64,000 bases of DNA from an uncultured Chroococcidiopsis sp. (GTDB lineage Bacteria; Cyanobacteriota; Cyanobacteriia; Cyanobacteriales; Chroococcidiopsidaceae): positions 230,547-294,546 of the forward strand of contig CAXTYC010000002.1 of assembly GCA_964248365.1 (NCBI GenBank), in the 5' to 3' direction. Positions 33,529 through 43,770 of the stretch are shown one piece after another. A model generated the notes under the pieces. It was given only the letters and a program-made list of their open reading frames with translations, ran no database searches and was not told the origin of the DNA. How positions within the stretch are numbered: the stretch's first letter is position 1; each line of letters opens with the position of its first letter. The translations under genes were made by a program, and so were the position numbers.

Positions 33529-35349
33529 ATGACAGTAGCACAACGGGAAGATTTACAAGCTTTAAAAGAACGTTTACAACAGCGCTTAGGATTAGATATA
33601 CCTTGGGGTGATACGCTCAAGATTGGATGTGCAATAAGCGATGGTACTCTAGTGGTTTTGACTCAGCATCCACCTGGATTAAGTTTTGACCCAGAAGCCA
33701 CTTTTAATACTTTAAAAAAAGCGCTACAGTCATTAAGACCCCAAGTTACTCAGCAAGTGAAACTTTACCTGAGAGTAGCAGGGGAAAAGCAGGCTTATGC
33801 TAAATATGACTTCATGTTGCAGCCTGTGCAAACCGCAGCAGCTACAAATGCCTTTATAAGTAGCAATGAATTAGATAATTTGAGGGAGGAAGCTGCAAAC
33901 ATAACAGAAGCTGTGCAGTGGGGTCAAATGCGCGAACAAACGGTAGATAGAGATGCACTATGGGGCGTTACTACAGATTCAACAGACGGGGGCAAATCAT
34001 CTAGAGATATTGGACAGCAAGGGGCGAAAACTGGGAGGTTTTCTCGTTTTTGGCGATCGCTTTTATCCGATATTCCTACACCCTTATTAGTAGTAGGTGG
34101 AGGGGTAGCATTTGCTACTCTATTTAGCAGTATTTATATGCTAAGTCGCCCTTGTGTAATTGGGAAATGTCAAGCGCTACAAACTGCCCAACAATTAAAT
34201 AAGGTAGCCAATTACCTGACCAAACACGCAAATTCGCAGTCAGATTTGTTGGCAGTACAACAGCAGCTAGTGCAAGCAAACAACTTGTTAAAAGAAGTTC
34301 CTCACTGGTCTTTTCACTATCAGGAAGCAAACGAGCTATCGCAAAATTTGTATAGCCAATCAACAATGCTCAACCAAATGAGTATTGCCTTAGAGCAAGC
34401 TTTAGCAGCAACGCAAAAAGGTCAAAACCCGCCTCACACTATTGAGCAATGGCGAACAATTCAGACACTATGGCAACAGGCGATCGCAACAGGAGCTAGT
34501 ATTACGCCCAATAGTGCCTTATTCCCCCTAGCACAGCAAAAATTATCTCAATATCAAGCCAGTTTACAAGTTGTAAATCAGTACTTGAATCAGGAGCAAC
34601 AAGCTAGCAAAAAACTACTACGGGCAAAAAATACAGCAATGCTTGCACACACACGTGCAGATACTGCTGTATCTTTACAGACTTGGCAAAAAGTTAAAGC
34701 CACCTGGCAAACAGCTATCAATAGCCTGGCTACTATTCCCAATAATACCACAGCCTACCGAGAAGCACAACAACTGCAAGCAAAGTACCGCAATGAACTA
34801 GCAGCAGCAAGCGATCGCGCCGCCAAAGAGCAAATCGGCGCAAAAGCATACTCTAACGCAATTAGCAAGGCTAATCTAGCCCAACATGATGAACAACAAA
34901 ATCAAATTTCCCAGGCTGTAACAAACTGGAATCAAGCTTTGGAATCGGCTAAACAAGTTCCTAGTGGTACACAATACTACAGACAAGTTCAACCACTCAT
35001 AGCCTCTTACAGGAGGGCGATCTCGCAAGCTGGGGCAAAACTGAAAGTCGCTAATGTATTGCAACTCACTCGTACTGATCTGGGTCGCACTTGCCTTGGC
35101 AACATTCAGGTTTGCAAGTATACAGCAAATAGTCAACTTATTCTTGTACAGCTAACTTCAGGTTACGAGAAGGCTGAAGAGCGCAACTATGTCAATGCCA
35201 AGTTTCAGCGCGACTCCAAAGGGGCGGGTGTCGTCATCCACTACCCTATCTTAAAGCAAGCATTGGAAGCAATTAGCGATAATGCTAATATCCCGCTGCA
35301 AGTATACGACTCAAACGGCTCTCCTTTGCACAGTTATAAGCCGAAGTGA
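33529..35349 (+). CDS. Hypothetical single-pass membrane protein with Gln/Ala-rich helical (TPR-like) repeats
   Basis: One hydrophobic segment (LLVVGGGVAFATLFSSIYML), then SRPCVIGKC and repeated W..A..L..IP....Y..AQ.....Y units. Confidence 0.75.
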   Translation: MTVAQREDLQALKERLQQRLGLDIPWGDTLKIGCAISDGTLVVLTQHPPGLSFDPEATFNTLKKALQSLRPQVTQQVKLYLRVAGEKQAYAKYDFMLQPVQTAAATNAFISSNELDNLREEAANITEAVQWGQMREQTVDRDALWGVTTDSTDGGKSSRDIGQQGAKTGRFSRFWRSLLSDIPTPLLVVGGGVAFATLFSSIYMLSRPCVIGKCQALQTAQQLNKVANYLTKHANSQSDLLAVQQQLVQANNLLKEVPHWSFHYQEANELSQNLYSQSTMLNQMSIALEQALAATQKGQNPPHTIEQWRTIQTLWQQAIATGASITPNSALFPLAQQKLSQYQASLQVVNQYLNQEQQASKKLLRAKNTAMLAHTRADTAVSLQTWQKVKATWQTAINSLATIPNNTTAYREAQQLQAKYRNELAAASDRAAKEQIGAKAYSNAISKANLAQHDEQQNQISQAVTNWNQALESAKQVPSGTQYYRQVQPLIASYRRAISQAGAKLKVANVLQLTRTDLGRTCLGNIQVCKYTANSQLILVQLTSGYEKAEERNYVNAKFQRDSKGAGVVIHYPILKQALEAISDNANIPLQVYDSNGSPLHSYKPK

Positions 35350-35375
35350 GGAGTGAGGGAAGTGTGAGTTGAAGT

Positions 35376-36317
35376 TTATACGCCGACTTGCAGCACAATT
35401 TTGCCGCGTGTATGACCGCTCTGGCTAATCTCGTGCGCTCGACGTGCTTCTGCCAGTGGCAGAACCGTTTCAACAATCGGCTTAACCTGCCCAGCGTCGA
35501 TTAACTTAGCAATCTCCCTCAGATCGTCAGCGTTAGGTTTGACCGAGAAAAAGATGCCCCGCACACCATATGTCGCAGCGGTTTGTGCAGATGGGCGACT
35601 ATCAGGAATTACACCAACAAGCACTCCTCCCTTTTTGAGGGTTTGCCAGGATCGCTCTTGCGTTTCGCCACCGATCAAATCTAAAACAACATCAACCTCT
35701 CGCACTGTATCCTCGAATCGGCTCTTTGTGTAATCAATTACTTCATCTGCTCCTAACTGGCGCACGAAGTCTTGATTTTTGCTAGATGCAGTTCCGATTA
35801 CGTGCGCTCCTTTGGCTTTGGCAAACTGTACGGCGATGCCGACACCGCCTGACCCTGCATGGATAAGTACGCTCTGCCCTGCACACAGCCCTGGTGTGTC
35901 GAATAACGACTGCCACGCAGTCAAAGCAGGCAAGGGTACAGAAGCGGCTTGAACATAGTCTAGTAAGTTGGGCTTTGCTGCGGTTTCACAAGGGCGAACA
36001 ACTGCATATTCAGCGTATCCACCACATGGGACACCTGGCATAGCATACACAGACGAGCCAATGTTAAAGCCTTTGATGTTGGAACCCTTCGCCTCCACCA
36101 CGCCGGAGATGTCCCAACCTAGAATTGCAGGCAGGTTAAGTGGTATTATCTCTTGCCGCAAGCCTTCGCGCGTTTGCCAGTCTACAGGATTAATGGCGGC
36201 AGCATGGACACGTACCAAAATTTCCTCTGCAGTAGGACTGGGCTTGGGGACATCTTCATAAACCAGAACCTCTGGAGCGCCATAGGAATGAATGCGTACT
36301 GCCTTCATTGTTTCCAT
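35376..36317 (-). CDS. NADP-dependent oxidoreductase (MDR/quinone oxidoreductase family)
   Basis: MKAVRIHSYG, VHAAAINPVD, GWDISGVV, HAGSGGVG, GHTRGKIVL. Confidence 0.92.
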   Translation of the reverse strand: METMKAVRIHSYGAPEVLVYEDVPKPSPTAEEILVRVHAAAINPVDWQTREGLRQEIIPLNLPAILGWDISGVVEAKGSNIKGFNIGSSVYAMPGVPCGGYAEYAVVRPCETAAKPNLLDYVQAASVPLPALTAWQSLFDTPGLCAGQSVLIHAGSGGVGIAVQFAKAKGAHVIGTASSKNQDFVRQLGADEVIDYTKSRFEDTVREVDVVLDLIGGETQERSWQTLKKGGVLVGVIPDSRPSAQTAATYGVRGIFFSVKPNADDLREIAKLIDAGQVKPIVETVLPLAEARRAHEISQSGHTRGKIVLQVGV

Positions 36318-36453
36318 TATGTTTTTCCTTAAAACTTTTCTGGGTAATAAATTGTCCCGCGATCGCCGCTACACTTGTTAATATTTCAAGGTTTCCAGGT
36401 CAGACCATAGGAAAATAATTCGTAATTGTACTCATTAATTACAAATTTACGAA

Positions 36454-38097
36454 TTATCTCAAACGCCCAGAACGGAGAATACTAAAAATTAACCACAGCC
36501 CTAACAGACTAGCAGTAGCAAACAGCACACTACTGAGCCAAGATAGCTCAGTTGTCTGTGCTTTGGTGGAAATAATCGCCGCACCCATAATGAGCGAACC
36601 TACCAAGATGCTAAATGAAAGGCGATTAGCCGAATCATCTAAAGTGCGACGCATACCATCTAAACCTCGTAGAGATACATTCCACTGCAAGGTTTCAGAA
36701 GTAACTCGGTCTAATAACAGTTCGATTTGTCTGGGAGATTGTAATGAGAGACTTTTAACATCCAGTGCTGTCCTTAAGAGAGATTGTAGCGGGCGATCGC
36801 CTAATAACTGTCGCCGAAACAAATCTGTTAGCAAAGGCTTAACTTCATCGAGAAAATTAATTTCTGGGTTAAATTGTCTGGCTACTCCCTCTAAGTTAGC
36901 CAAAGTTTTAGCATACAAACCCATGTTTGCAGGTAGCCGGATTTTGTTGTTCCGAGCTACTTGCAGCACTTCATAAATTATCCGACTGAAATTAATTTGC
37001 GACAGATTCAAGTTGTAATATTTGCGTAGTAGGCGCTCGTAGTCACTCTCTAAACGAGACAAATTCACTGGACCGGAAGAATCTGACAATTGCAGCGTTA
37101 GCTGACTACACCGTTGAGCATCTATATCTACGATCGCCAACAGCATCTCTGTCAAAATCTGCTGGGTACGAGGGTCTAGCCTTCCCACCATACCACAGTC
37201 TAACAGTGCCACCCGCCCATCTCTGAGATAAAAGATATTGCCAGGGTGGGGGTCAGCGTGAAAGAATCCATCAATATAAAGCTGCTGAAAGAAAGCACGA
37301 AATAGTAGGCTAGTAATTTCTCGTCGCTTTATTTCTGGATCTTTACCATTGCTTTCGCTCAGATTGGCATATAACAGAGGCACTCCGTCTAGCCACTCCA
37401 TCACCAGCAACTTTTCTGTAGTCAAGTCCCAATTAATTTCAGGTACTACCAGTTGCGTAGGGTCAAACCAGCGACTTTTGGATAAATTGCGCCTTAGCTG
37501 ATCTGCAAAACCAGCTTCTCTGGTAAAATCTAGCTCAGCTTCTAACGCCTTGCAAAATTCATCCGCTATGGATTTAATTTCGTAATTTTGTCCAAACTCA
37601 GTTCGAGCAACTAAATCTGCTATACCTTGAATTAAGGAGATATCCTGGGCGACAGTAGCATCAATGCCTGGGCGTTGAACTTTAACGGCGACTTCCCGAC
37701 CATCTGCTAGTGTAGCTCGATGGGTTTGGGCGATCGAACCTGCTGCAACTGGCTGAAAATTGATTTTGCTAAAAGTTTGTTCTAAAGGACTTTCTAGCTG
37801 TTGCCGGATCACCACTTCAATTTCTGACCAAGCAACTGGTGGTACGTCATCTTGGAGAGTGGACAGTTCCTCGATGTATTCTGCTGATAAAAGATCGGGG
37901 CGGGTAGAGAGCAGTTGACCTAGTTTAACATAAACTGGTCCTAAACCCACCAAAATATTCCGCAAAACAGCTGGAGTAGGTAACTGGGGTTCATCAGCTT
38001 TACCTCCAGTTAATAGCCGTCGCATATAGTCCCAGCCATTGCGGAGGACAACTTCGATAATTTCTCTTTGACGAGAAGCAGTTTGAGTTAAAAACAC
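36454..38097 (-). CDS. AarF/ABC1/UbiB family atypical kinase
   Basis: LGPVYVKLGQLLSTRPDL, AAGSIAQTH, VAVKVQRP, FFHADPHPGN, DCGMVG. Start placed at GTG 38097 because upstream codons are repeats. Confidence 0.93.
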   Translation of the reverse strand: MFLTQTASRQREIIEVVLRNGWDYMRRLLTGGKADEPQLPTPAVLRNILVGLGPVYVKLGQLLSTRPDLLSAEYIEELSTLQDDVPPVAWSEIEVVIRQQLESPLEQTFSKINFQPVAAGSIAQTHRATLADGREVAVKVQRPGIDATVAQDISLIQGIADLVARTEFGQNYEIKSIADEFCKALEAELDFTREAGFADQLRRNLSKSRWFDPTQLVVPEINWDLTTEKLLVMEWLDGVPLLYANLSESNGKDPEIKRREITSLLFRAFFQQLYIDGFFHADPHPGNIFYLRDGRVALLDCGMVGRLDPRTQQILTEMLLAIVDIDAQRCSQLTLQLSDSSGPVNLSRLESDYERLLRKYYNLNLSQINFSRIIYEVLQVARNNKIRLPANMGLYAKTLANLEGVARQFNPEINFLDEVKPLLTDLFRRQLLGDRPLQSLLRTALDVKSLSLQSPRQIELLLDRVTSETLQWNVSLRGLDGMRRTLDDSANRLSFSILVGSLIMGAAIISTKAQTTELSWLSSVLFATASLLGLWLIFSILRSGRLR

Positions 38098-38641
38098 AGT
38101 GGAAAAGGGGTGAGGGGTGAGGGGGAGAGTGGGAGAGTGGGAAAGTGGGTGAGGGGCAAAAGGGGAGAGGGGGAAAATCATCAATTTCGAATTTCGAATT
38201 TCGAATTTCCCTTTACCCTTTACCCTTTATTTTTTGCACTGATAACTTCACTACCGAGGATATAACTCTATGCCAACATATATTTAACGTATTCTGAGCA
38301 AGATTTGCCACCATACAGTATTTGCTCAAGGCAATTCCCGTTTTTGGGGGGACAAACATATATTGGATCAACTGTAATCTAATTGATTGTTACAATTACT
38401 GCTTGCTCCCACCTGCACGAGTTTACATAACTGTCAAATTCTCGGCATCGACAGTTATTTTTTATCCTAAATCACAACCGATTTCTTCTGTCTAGAGTTT
38501 GACAAAGCTAAGAGAGAGGCGCTATAGCTAGGGAAAGGGTGACTGGAGTGACTGGAGTGACTGGAGTGAGTGGAGTGAAAGGGTGAAATTCTCCCACTCT
38601 CCCCCTCTCCCCAGCCCCTAGCTATAGCGCCCCTAGCTCCT

Positions 38642-39706
38642 TCACAGAAGGTGGGTGAATTTGGGATTGGATTGCAACAGTTTGAGTACTTGCTTGATCT
38701 CTTGGGTGCGATCTTTTTTGACTATGAGGGTGACGTTGCGATCGCGTACAATTACTACATCTTCTAAACCAATTGTCACTACCACATCCTCATCACCATT
38801 AGCATAAATTAGCGCTCCTTGGGTATCTAACCCCACATGATTACCAATCTCGACATTAGGAGTATCGCTTTTGAGCAACCGCTCGATCGCATTCCAATCT
38901 CCTAAATCATCCCAGCCAAAGTCGGCAGGCAATACGTAGGCTAGTTTAGTCTTTTCCATCAAGGCATAATCAATACTGATCTTAGGTAGTTGCGAGTAGG
39001 CTGCTGTACCTTGTTTTTCTAACAGTGTAAGGATTTCGGGTGCATGGGTACGCAGTTCCTCTAGCACAACTCCCGCCCGAAAAATGAACATCCCACTATT
39101 CCAGCTAAATCTACCTGTAGATAGAAATTCTTCTGCTGTTTCTCGATTGGGTTTTTCAGTAAAGCGGTTAACGCGGTAAACTGGCAAATTACCAAAAGTC
39201 CCCGAAGATTCACCTTGCTCAATGTAGCCGTAGCCCGTAGATGGGTAGCTTGGTTTTACTCCCAAAGTGGCGATCGCGTCCTTAGTTGCAGCTAATTCGG
39301 TAGCAGCCCGCAGCGTTTCGACAAATCGCGCTTGATCTCCAATCCAAGGATCGGCTGGAAAAAAGCCGACTACCGCGTCTTCTCCATAGCGCTTAGCAAT
39401 TTCTAGAGTAGTCCAAGCTACTGCTGGGGCTGTATCTCGTCCTTCTGGTTCTGCCAACAAGTTGTTTACTGGTAATGATGGTAGCTGTTTTTGTACTCCT
39501 TCGGCTAACAAACTAGATGTTACTACCCAGAGATTTTCCCAATCTCCTGCTAGTGGTAATAAGCGTAAGGCTGTTGCTTGTAGCAAGCTTTTACCACTAC
39601 CATCCAAACTTAAAAACTGCTTAGGGTGGTGTTTGCGACTAAGGGGCCAAAAGCGTTCGCCTTTACCACCAGCCAGAATTACAGGAATTAGAGTATTCAT
39701 AGTCAA
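38642..39706 (-). CDS. manC: Mannose-1-phosphate guanylyltransferase
   Basis: VILAGGKGERFWPLSR..PKQFL, EPEGRDTAPA, TGYGYI, FTEKP, WNSGMF, SIDYALMEK, WDDLGDW. Confidence 0.92.
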   Translation of the reverse strand: MTMNTLIPVILAGGKGERFWPLSRKHHPKQFLSLDGSGKSLLQATALRLLPLAGDWENLWVVTSSLLAEGVQKQLPSLPVNNLLAEPEGRDTAPAVAWTTLEIAKRYGEDAVVGFFPADPWIGDQARFVETLRAATELAATKDAIATLGVKPSYPSTGYGYIEQGESSGTFGNLPVYRVNRFTEKPNRETAEEFLSTGRFSWNSGMFIFRAGVVLEELRTHAPEILTLLEKQGTAAYSQLPKISIDYALMEKTKLAYVLPADFGWDDLGDWNAIERLLKSDTPNVEIGNHVGLDTQGALIYANGDEDVVVTIGLEDVVIVRDRNVTLIVKKDRTQEIKQVLKLLQSNPKFTHLL

Positions 39707-39816
39707 TTACACTCAAGTTGCTAAATCTGATGAACGAGTTTAGTTTGCCTTAGCTAATGGCAATAACAAAAGCTTAGTTTAATATTTCTGTAGGATTTGG
39801 CAGATGGGGAATAACT

Positions 39817-41250
39817 GTGACTAAGGTAATAGGACGGGTTGAGAAGCGTTTGAGGCGACAACTGGGTCAGGTAGAGATTAAGGGAAGTCCGGCAGAGGTA
39901 AAACGGACTTTGTTGTTTATCCGGCGGTGGTTATGGTTCCACATGACCAAGAACCGACTACTGTTTTGGATCGGTGTGACTAATTTATCTTTGCTATTGG
40001 GGGCATCGGTAGCGCTGCTAACTCCAATTTTTTGGGGCGATCGCAGCAATATAGGACAATTATCTGCAAATAACTCTGTGCTGCCCAGCAATACTTTCTT
40101 AAGCAACGGCTTGCCTTATCACATATCCCGTCCAGTAAATATTTTGGTCATGGGTATTGAACCCCATCCTAGTGTGTGGAATACCTCGAAAGCCGCCTTT
40201 GCTGGTACTAGTGATACGATGCTGTTAGTGCGGCTAGATCCAGATCGCAAATTAATTCGGGTACTTTCCATCCCCAAAGATAGCCAAGTTACTCTACCCA
40301 ATGGGTTAGGTAAGATTTCTCAGGCAAACGCGCTTGGGGGTCCAACAGGGGCGGCGCGAGTAGTCAGTCGGACTTTGAATAATGTTCCTATTGATCGCTA
40401 TGTCAGCATTACCACCCAGGCTTTGCAGGAATTGGTAGATCAACTTGGAGGTGTGGAAATCTTTGTACCTCAAGCCATGTCTTATCAGGATGCAACGCAA
40501 AAGTTGCAGATCGATTTAGATCAGGGGTGGCAGACTTTGAATGGGGAACAGGCAGAACAATTTGCGCGTTTCCGTGCCTCGTCTAAATCTGGCGATCTTG
40601 ATCGAGTACAGCGACAGCAACTGTTACTCAAAGCATTGCGCGATCGCCTCACTAGTCCAGCTGTATTGCCACGTTTACCTCAAATCATCCGAATTTTGCA
40701 AACCCTTGTTGATACTAATCTCAGTCCAGAAGAAATGCTAGCGATCGGCAGTTTTACCGTTGCACTCAAACCAGAGAATTTGCAAATGCTGCTGTTACCT
40801 GGCGATCTTAGTCCTTTTTCGCAAGATCCTAATAGCTATTGGCTTTATACACCAGGGCAAGATCAGATCATGAGCAAGTATTTCGGGACGTTTACAATTG
40901 GATCAGCCCAAAAACCAAAAGCACTTACAAGTTTAAAAATTGCCGTCCAAAACGCCTCTGGTAAACCTAAATTCAGTCAACAAGTTGCTAGCTACCTCAA
41001 ATCCAAAGGCTTTGAGAATGTATATATTGTCTCTGATTGGTCAGACGAGCAGCGACAAACGCAGATTATTGCCCAAAAAGGCAACGTGGACGCAGCCACC
41101 AACCTCCAAAAAGTTTTAGGAGGAGGCAACATTGAAGCTGATGCCACTGGTGATTTGAATTCTAGCCTAACAATCCGTGTAGGTAAAGACTGGAATAGTA
41201 ATACTCAACCATTTCAAAGTAGTAATGATAACTCTTACGGTCGGAAATAG
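39817..41250 (+). CDS. LCP (LytR-CpsA-Psr) family glycopolymer transferase with LytR C-terminal domain
   Basis: TM helix, VNILVMGI, SDTMLLVR, LSIPKD, LVDQLGGV, FARFR..GDLDRVQRQQ, IAVQNASG...LTIRVGKDW. Start uncertain (39817 or 39943). Confidence 0.9.
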   Translation: MTKVIGRVEKRLRRQLGQVEIKGSPAEVKRTLLFIRRWLWFHMTKNRLLFWIGVTNLSLLLGASVALLTPIFWGDRSNIGQLSANNSVLPSNTFLSNGLPYHISRPVNILVMGIEPHPSVWNTSKAAFAGTSDTMLLVRLDPDRKLIRVLSIPKDSQVTLPNGLGKISQANALGGPTGAARVVSRTLNNVPIDRYVSITTQALQELVDQLGGVEIFVPQAMSYQDATQKLQIDLDQGWQTLNGEQAEQFARFRASSKSGDLDRVQRQQLLLKALRDRLTSPAVLPRLPQIIRILQTLVDTNLSPEEMLAIGSFTVALKPENLQMLLLPGDLSPFSQDPNSYWLYTPGQDQIMSKYFGTFTIGSAQKPKALTSLKIAVQNASGKPKFSQQVASYLKSKGFENVYIVSDWSDEQRQTQIIAQKGNVDAATNLQKVLGGGNIEADATGDLNSSLTIRVGKDWNSNTQPFQSSNDNSYGRK

Positions 41251-41275
41251 GGAGAAGGTAGTAAAAGATAGCCAA

Positions 41276-41307
41276 TTGTAGAGACGCGATATATCGCGTC
41301 TCTACAA
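41276..41307. repeat. Perfect 32-bp GTAG-family REP palindrome
   Basis: TTGTAGAGACGCGATA|TATCGCGTCTCTACAA. Confidence 0.8.
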
Positions 41308-41392
41308 CTTTCAAGCTGCCCTTCTTCAAATGGCTATTACTGGGGTGTAGGCTAAATAAAAATCTTCTGTCAAATCAAAGGAGGTTGGACTG

Positions 41393-42025
41393 ATGTCTCT
41401 GGCTATGCAAAAGGCGGATCGAGTTGTGCTACAAAACATCAGTTGGCAACAGTTTGAAAACCTACTCAAAGACTTGGGAGATCATCGAGCCGCCCGTTTA
41501 GCTTATGACGGGGGTACGCTGGAAATTATGACACCTCTACCTGAACATGAGTATTACAAAGAAGTTATTGGCATTGCTGTTCAAGATATCGCCGAGGAGT
41601 TAGAGCTAGACTACGAGAGTTTAGGTTCAACCACCTGGAAACGAGAAAGCCGACTAGCAGGGGTAGAACCGGATAACTGCTTTTATTTCCAGAATGAGGC
41701 ATTGATTCGGGGAAAATTGGAATTTGACCTGACTCAAGATCCACCCCCTGATTTAGTAGTGGAAATTGACCTTACCAGTAAGTCTCTCAATCGTTTTCCC
41801 ATCTATGCCCGTCTAGGAGTGCCTGAAATTTGGTGTTATGATACGGGCGAACTGAAGATTTACCAGCTACAGAATGGAGATTATGGGGAAACACAAATCA
41901 GTTTGGTGTTTCCTAATTTGGCAGTAAAAGAAATTCCTAGACTAATTGAGCAAAATCGCTCTGCGGGTAGACGTGCTATTCGCAAAGCAGTTAGAGCTTG
42001 GGTTAAGGAACAGTATAAGTCGTGA
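41393..42025 (+). CDS. Uma2 family endonuclease-like protein
   Basis: ISWQQFE, LEIMTPLPEHE, GVEPDNCFY, PPPDLVVEIDLTS, YARLGVPEIW; GGAGG RBS upstream. Confidence 0.92.
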   Translation: MSLAMQKADRVVLQNISWQQFENLLKDLGDHRAARLAYDGGTLEIMTPLPEHEYYKEVIGIAVQDIAEELELDYESLGSTTWKRESRLAGVEPDNCFYFQNEALIRGKLEFDLTQDPPPDLVVEIDLTSKSLNRFPIYARLGVPEIWCYDTGELKIYQLQNGDYGETQISLVFPNLAVKEIPRLIEQNRSAGRRAIRKAVRAWVKEQYKS

Positions 42026-42057
42026 GGAGCGATCGCCACTACTATTGTGATTACTCC

Positions 42058-42765
42058 TCAAACTTCTGGTTCTATTCCAGCCGCCCTAAGTTGTGCGGCT
42101 AATCTTTCCGCTTTTTCTGCTAACTGTTGAGATTTTTCCGCGCCCCAAAGCAAGAGTTGCCCATTTTCATCCCACCACCTCAACCAATAACCTGTCCGAT
42201 TTTCCCTGGTTCCTTGCCATCTTCCCAGAAATAGACCGATTTGAGCAATCCAGTAGCGGTTATTAGCATCGGGATCTTGTAGCTGATATCTTCCCAAATC
42301 ATCCAATTGATAGATTTCTAAATCCCCTGCATCTGGTTCAAAGATAACGTAGTTGGGAACTTGTAGGACTCGCTCATAGAAAAACCATTTACCAGGAGGG
42401 TAAGTAGGTTTATTGGAATACTCGCTACCTTCGGTATCCGAGAGAAACTCCATCACGATTGCTGGTATATCACCTTGAAGTTGGGGTGTATAACTGCGCT
42501 TGACTTCTTCCCTCCCAACTCGAATATTTGGTATGTATGCCCAGTCTGGCGCTTTCACCACCATTTTTTGATTCACCGTTGCACAGATACCATAGTTGGT
42601 AGTAGTTAGCGCATTCGTAGGTAGCTTTCCATTGATTTCCAAGCTTTCAGTTACAGCCGCAGCGAGAGACGGCTGATTAATGTTGTCCACTGGTTCATCA
42701 TCTAAAACAAAATCATCCGGTAACTTTTCCCAGGTAATTTGGTAATGAGCGGTACTGGCTAACAT
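42058..42765 (-). CDS. Uma2 family endonuclease-like protein
   Basis: DEPVDNINQP, KAPDWAYI, VMEFLSDT.G.EYS.K, FYERVLQVPNYVIFEP, WLRWWD. Confidence 0.92.
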   Translation of the reverse strand: MLASTAHYQITWEKLPDDFVLDDEPVDNINQPSLAAAVTESLEINGKLPTNALTTTNYGICATVNQKMVVKAPDWAYIPNIRVGREEVKRSYTPQLQGDIPAIVMEFLSDTEGSEYSNKPTYPPGKWFFYERVLQVPNYVIFEPDAGDLEIYQLDDLGRYQLQDPDANNRYWIAQIGLFLGRWQGTRENRTGYWLRWWDENGQLLLWGAEKSQQLAEKAERLAAQLRAAGIEPEV

Positions 42766-43021
42766 GGTTGAGTTTAGGAGAGTAGGCGATCGCGTTTTAT
42801 ATAGTTAGAAATTACTTTTGGCTCAAATGCAAGCGTTTTGTGAAACACAAACCTATGAGCAAGATATCTCAGCCTCAACATCTTGATAAGCATCAAGGAT
42901 CGCGCGCCTCATAACTATGATTATCCTCCTTTTGTTTGGGTAAAGCGAATGCTAGAGTTAAATCCCCTACACTAGCTATAGATTAGTAGGTAATTGATTT
43001 TATACAACTTTAGTAACTTCA

Positions 43022-43549
43022 ATGCGCGAACCTACTTTAAAAATCATGCCCCTACTGCTACGCTTACTGAGTCTAATTTTAATTTTGAGCCTTGCCTTTT
43101 TCTGGGTGATGCTATCAGCCAAACCAGCTTTAGCCCAATTAAACACAATTAACTACACCAATACCAATCTTGAAAACCGCGACTTCTCCAACGCCGATTT
43201 AGTTGGAGGAGTATTTGTAGCAGCCGAAATGCGAGGAGCAAACTTTCAGGGAGCAAACTTAACAAATGCTATGCTCACCAAAGGAGTATTACTCAAAGCG
43301 AATCTAGAAGGAGCAAACTTGACAGGTGCTTTAGCTGATCGCGTCACCTTGGATAGTGCAAACCTGACAAACGCCATCTTGACTGATGCCAACTTAACTC
43401 GTTCTAGATTCTACGACGCAAAAATCACAGGTGCAGACTTTACCGATGCCTTGATCGATCGCTACCAGGTAACTCAACTGTGTGAAAGAGCAGATGGCGT
43501 AAATCCCGTCACAAAAGTTTCAACCCGCGAAAGCTTAGGCTGTAGATAA
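43022..43549 (+). CDS. Secreted/lumenal pentapeptide repeat protein
   Basis: Signal peptide ending PALA, A(N/D)L(T/x)x repeats, C-terminal LC...[14 protein letters not shown]. Confidence 0.92.
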   Translation: MREPTLKIMPLLLRLLSLILILSLAFFWVMLSAKPALAQLNTINYTNTNLENRDFSNADLVGGVFVAAEMRGANFQGANLTNAMLTKGVLLKANLEGANLTGALADRVTLDSANLTNAILTDANLTRSRFYDAKITGADFTDALIDRYQVTQLCERADGVNPVTKVSTRESLGCR

Positions 43550-43619
43550 TTAGGGGCTAGGGGCTAGGGGCTGGGGGCTAGGGAAACAAAGCAGAGGGAC
43601 TATAGTATAAACTTTTTAC

Positions 43620-43709
43620 CTTAGCGCCTTTGCGCGGACACGTTACGGGGGCGGGGGGAACCCCCGCACCTGGGTGTCCAAGTCTATTGCGCGACATAAA
43701 TCTAAAATT
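43620..43709. repeat. CTTTGCG-type dispersed repeat interrupted by a 48-nt GC-rich hairpin insert
   Basis: Matches 19645-19685 on both sides of the insert at 43635-43682. Confidence 0.7.
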
Positions 43710-43770
43710 TTATAGCCTCAAGTTGCACAGAGTGTCAAAATAGTCCTTAAATTCACCTCGCTTGAGACAC

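Noticed and set aside
38098..38184. Pro/His-rich N-terminal extension of the ABC1 kinase
   Set aside because: It is encoded by intergenic heptamer repeats; GTG 38097 is the plausible start.
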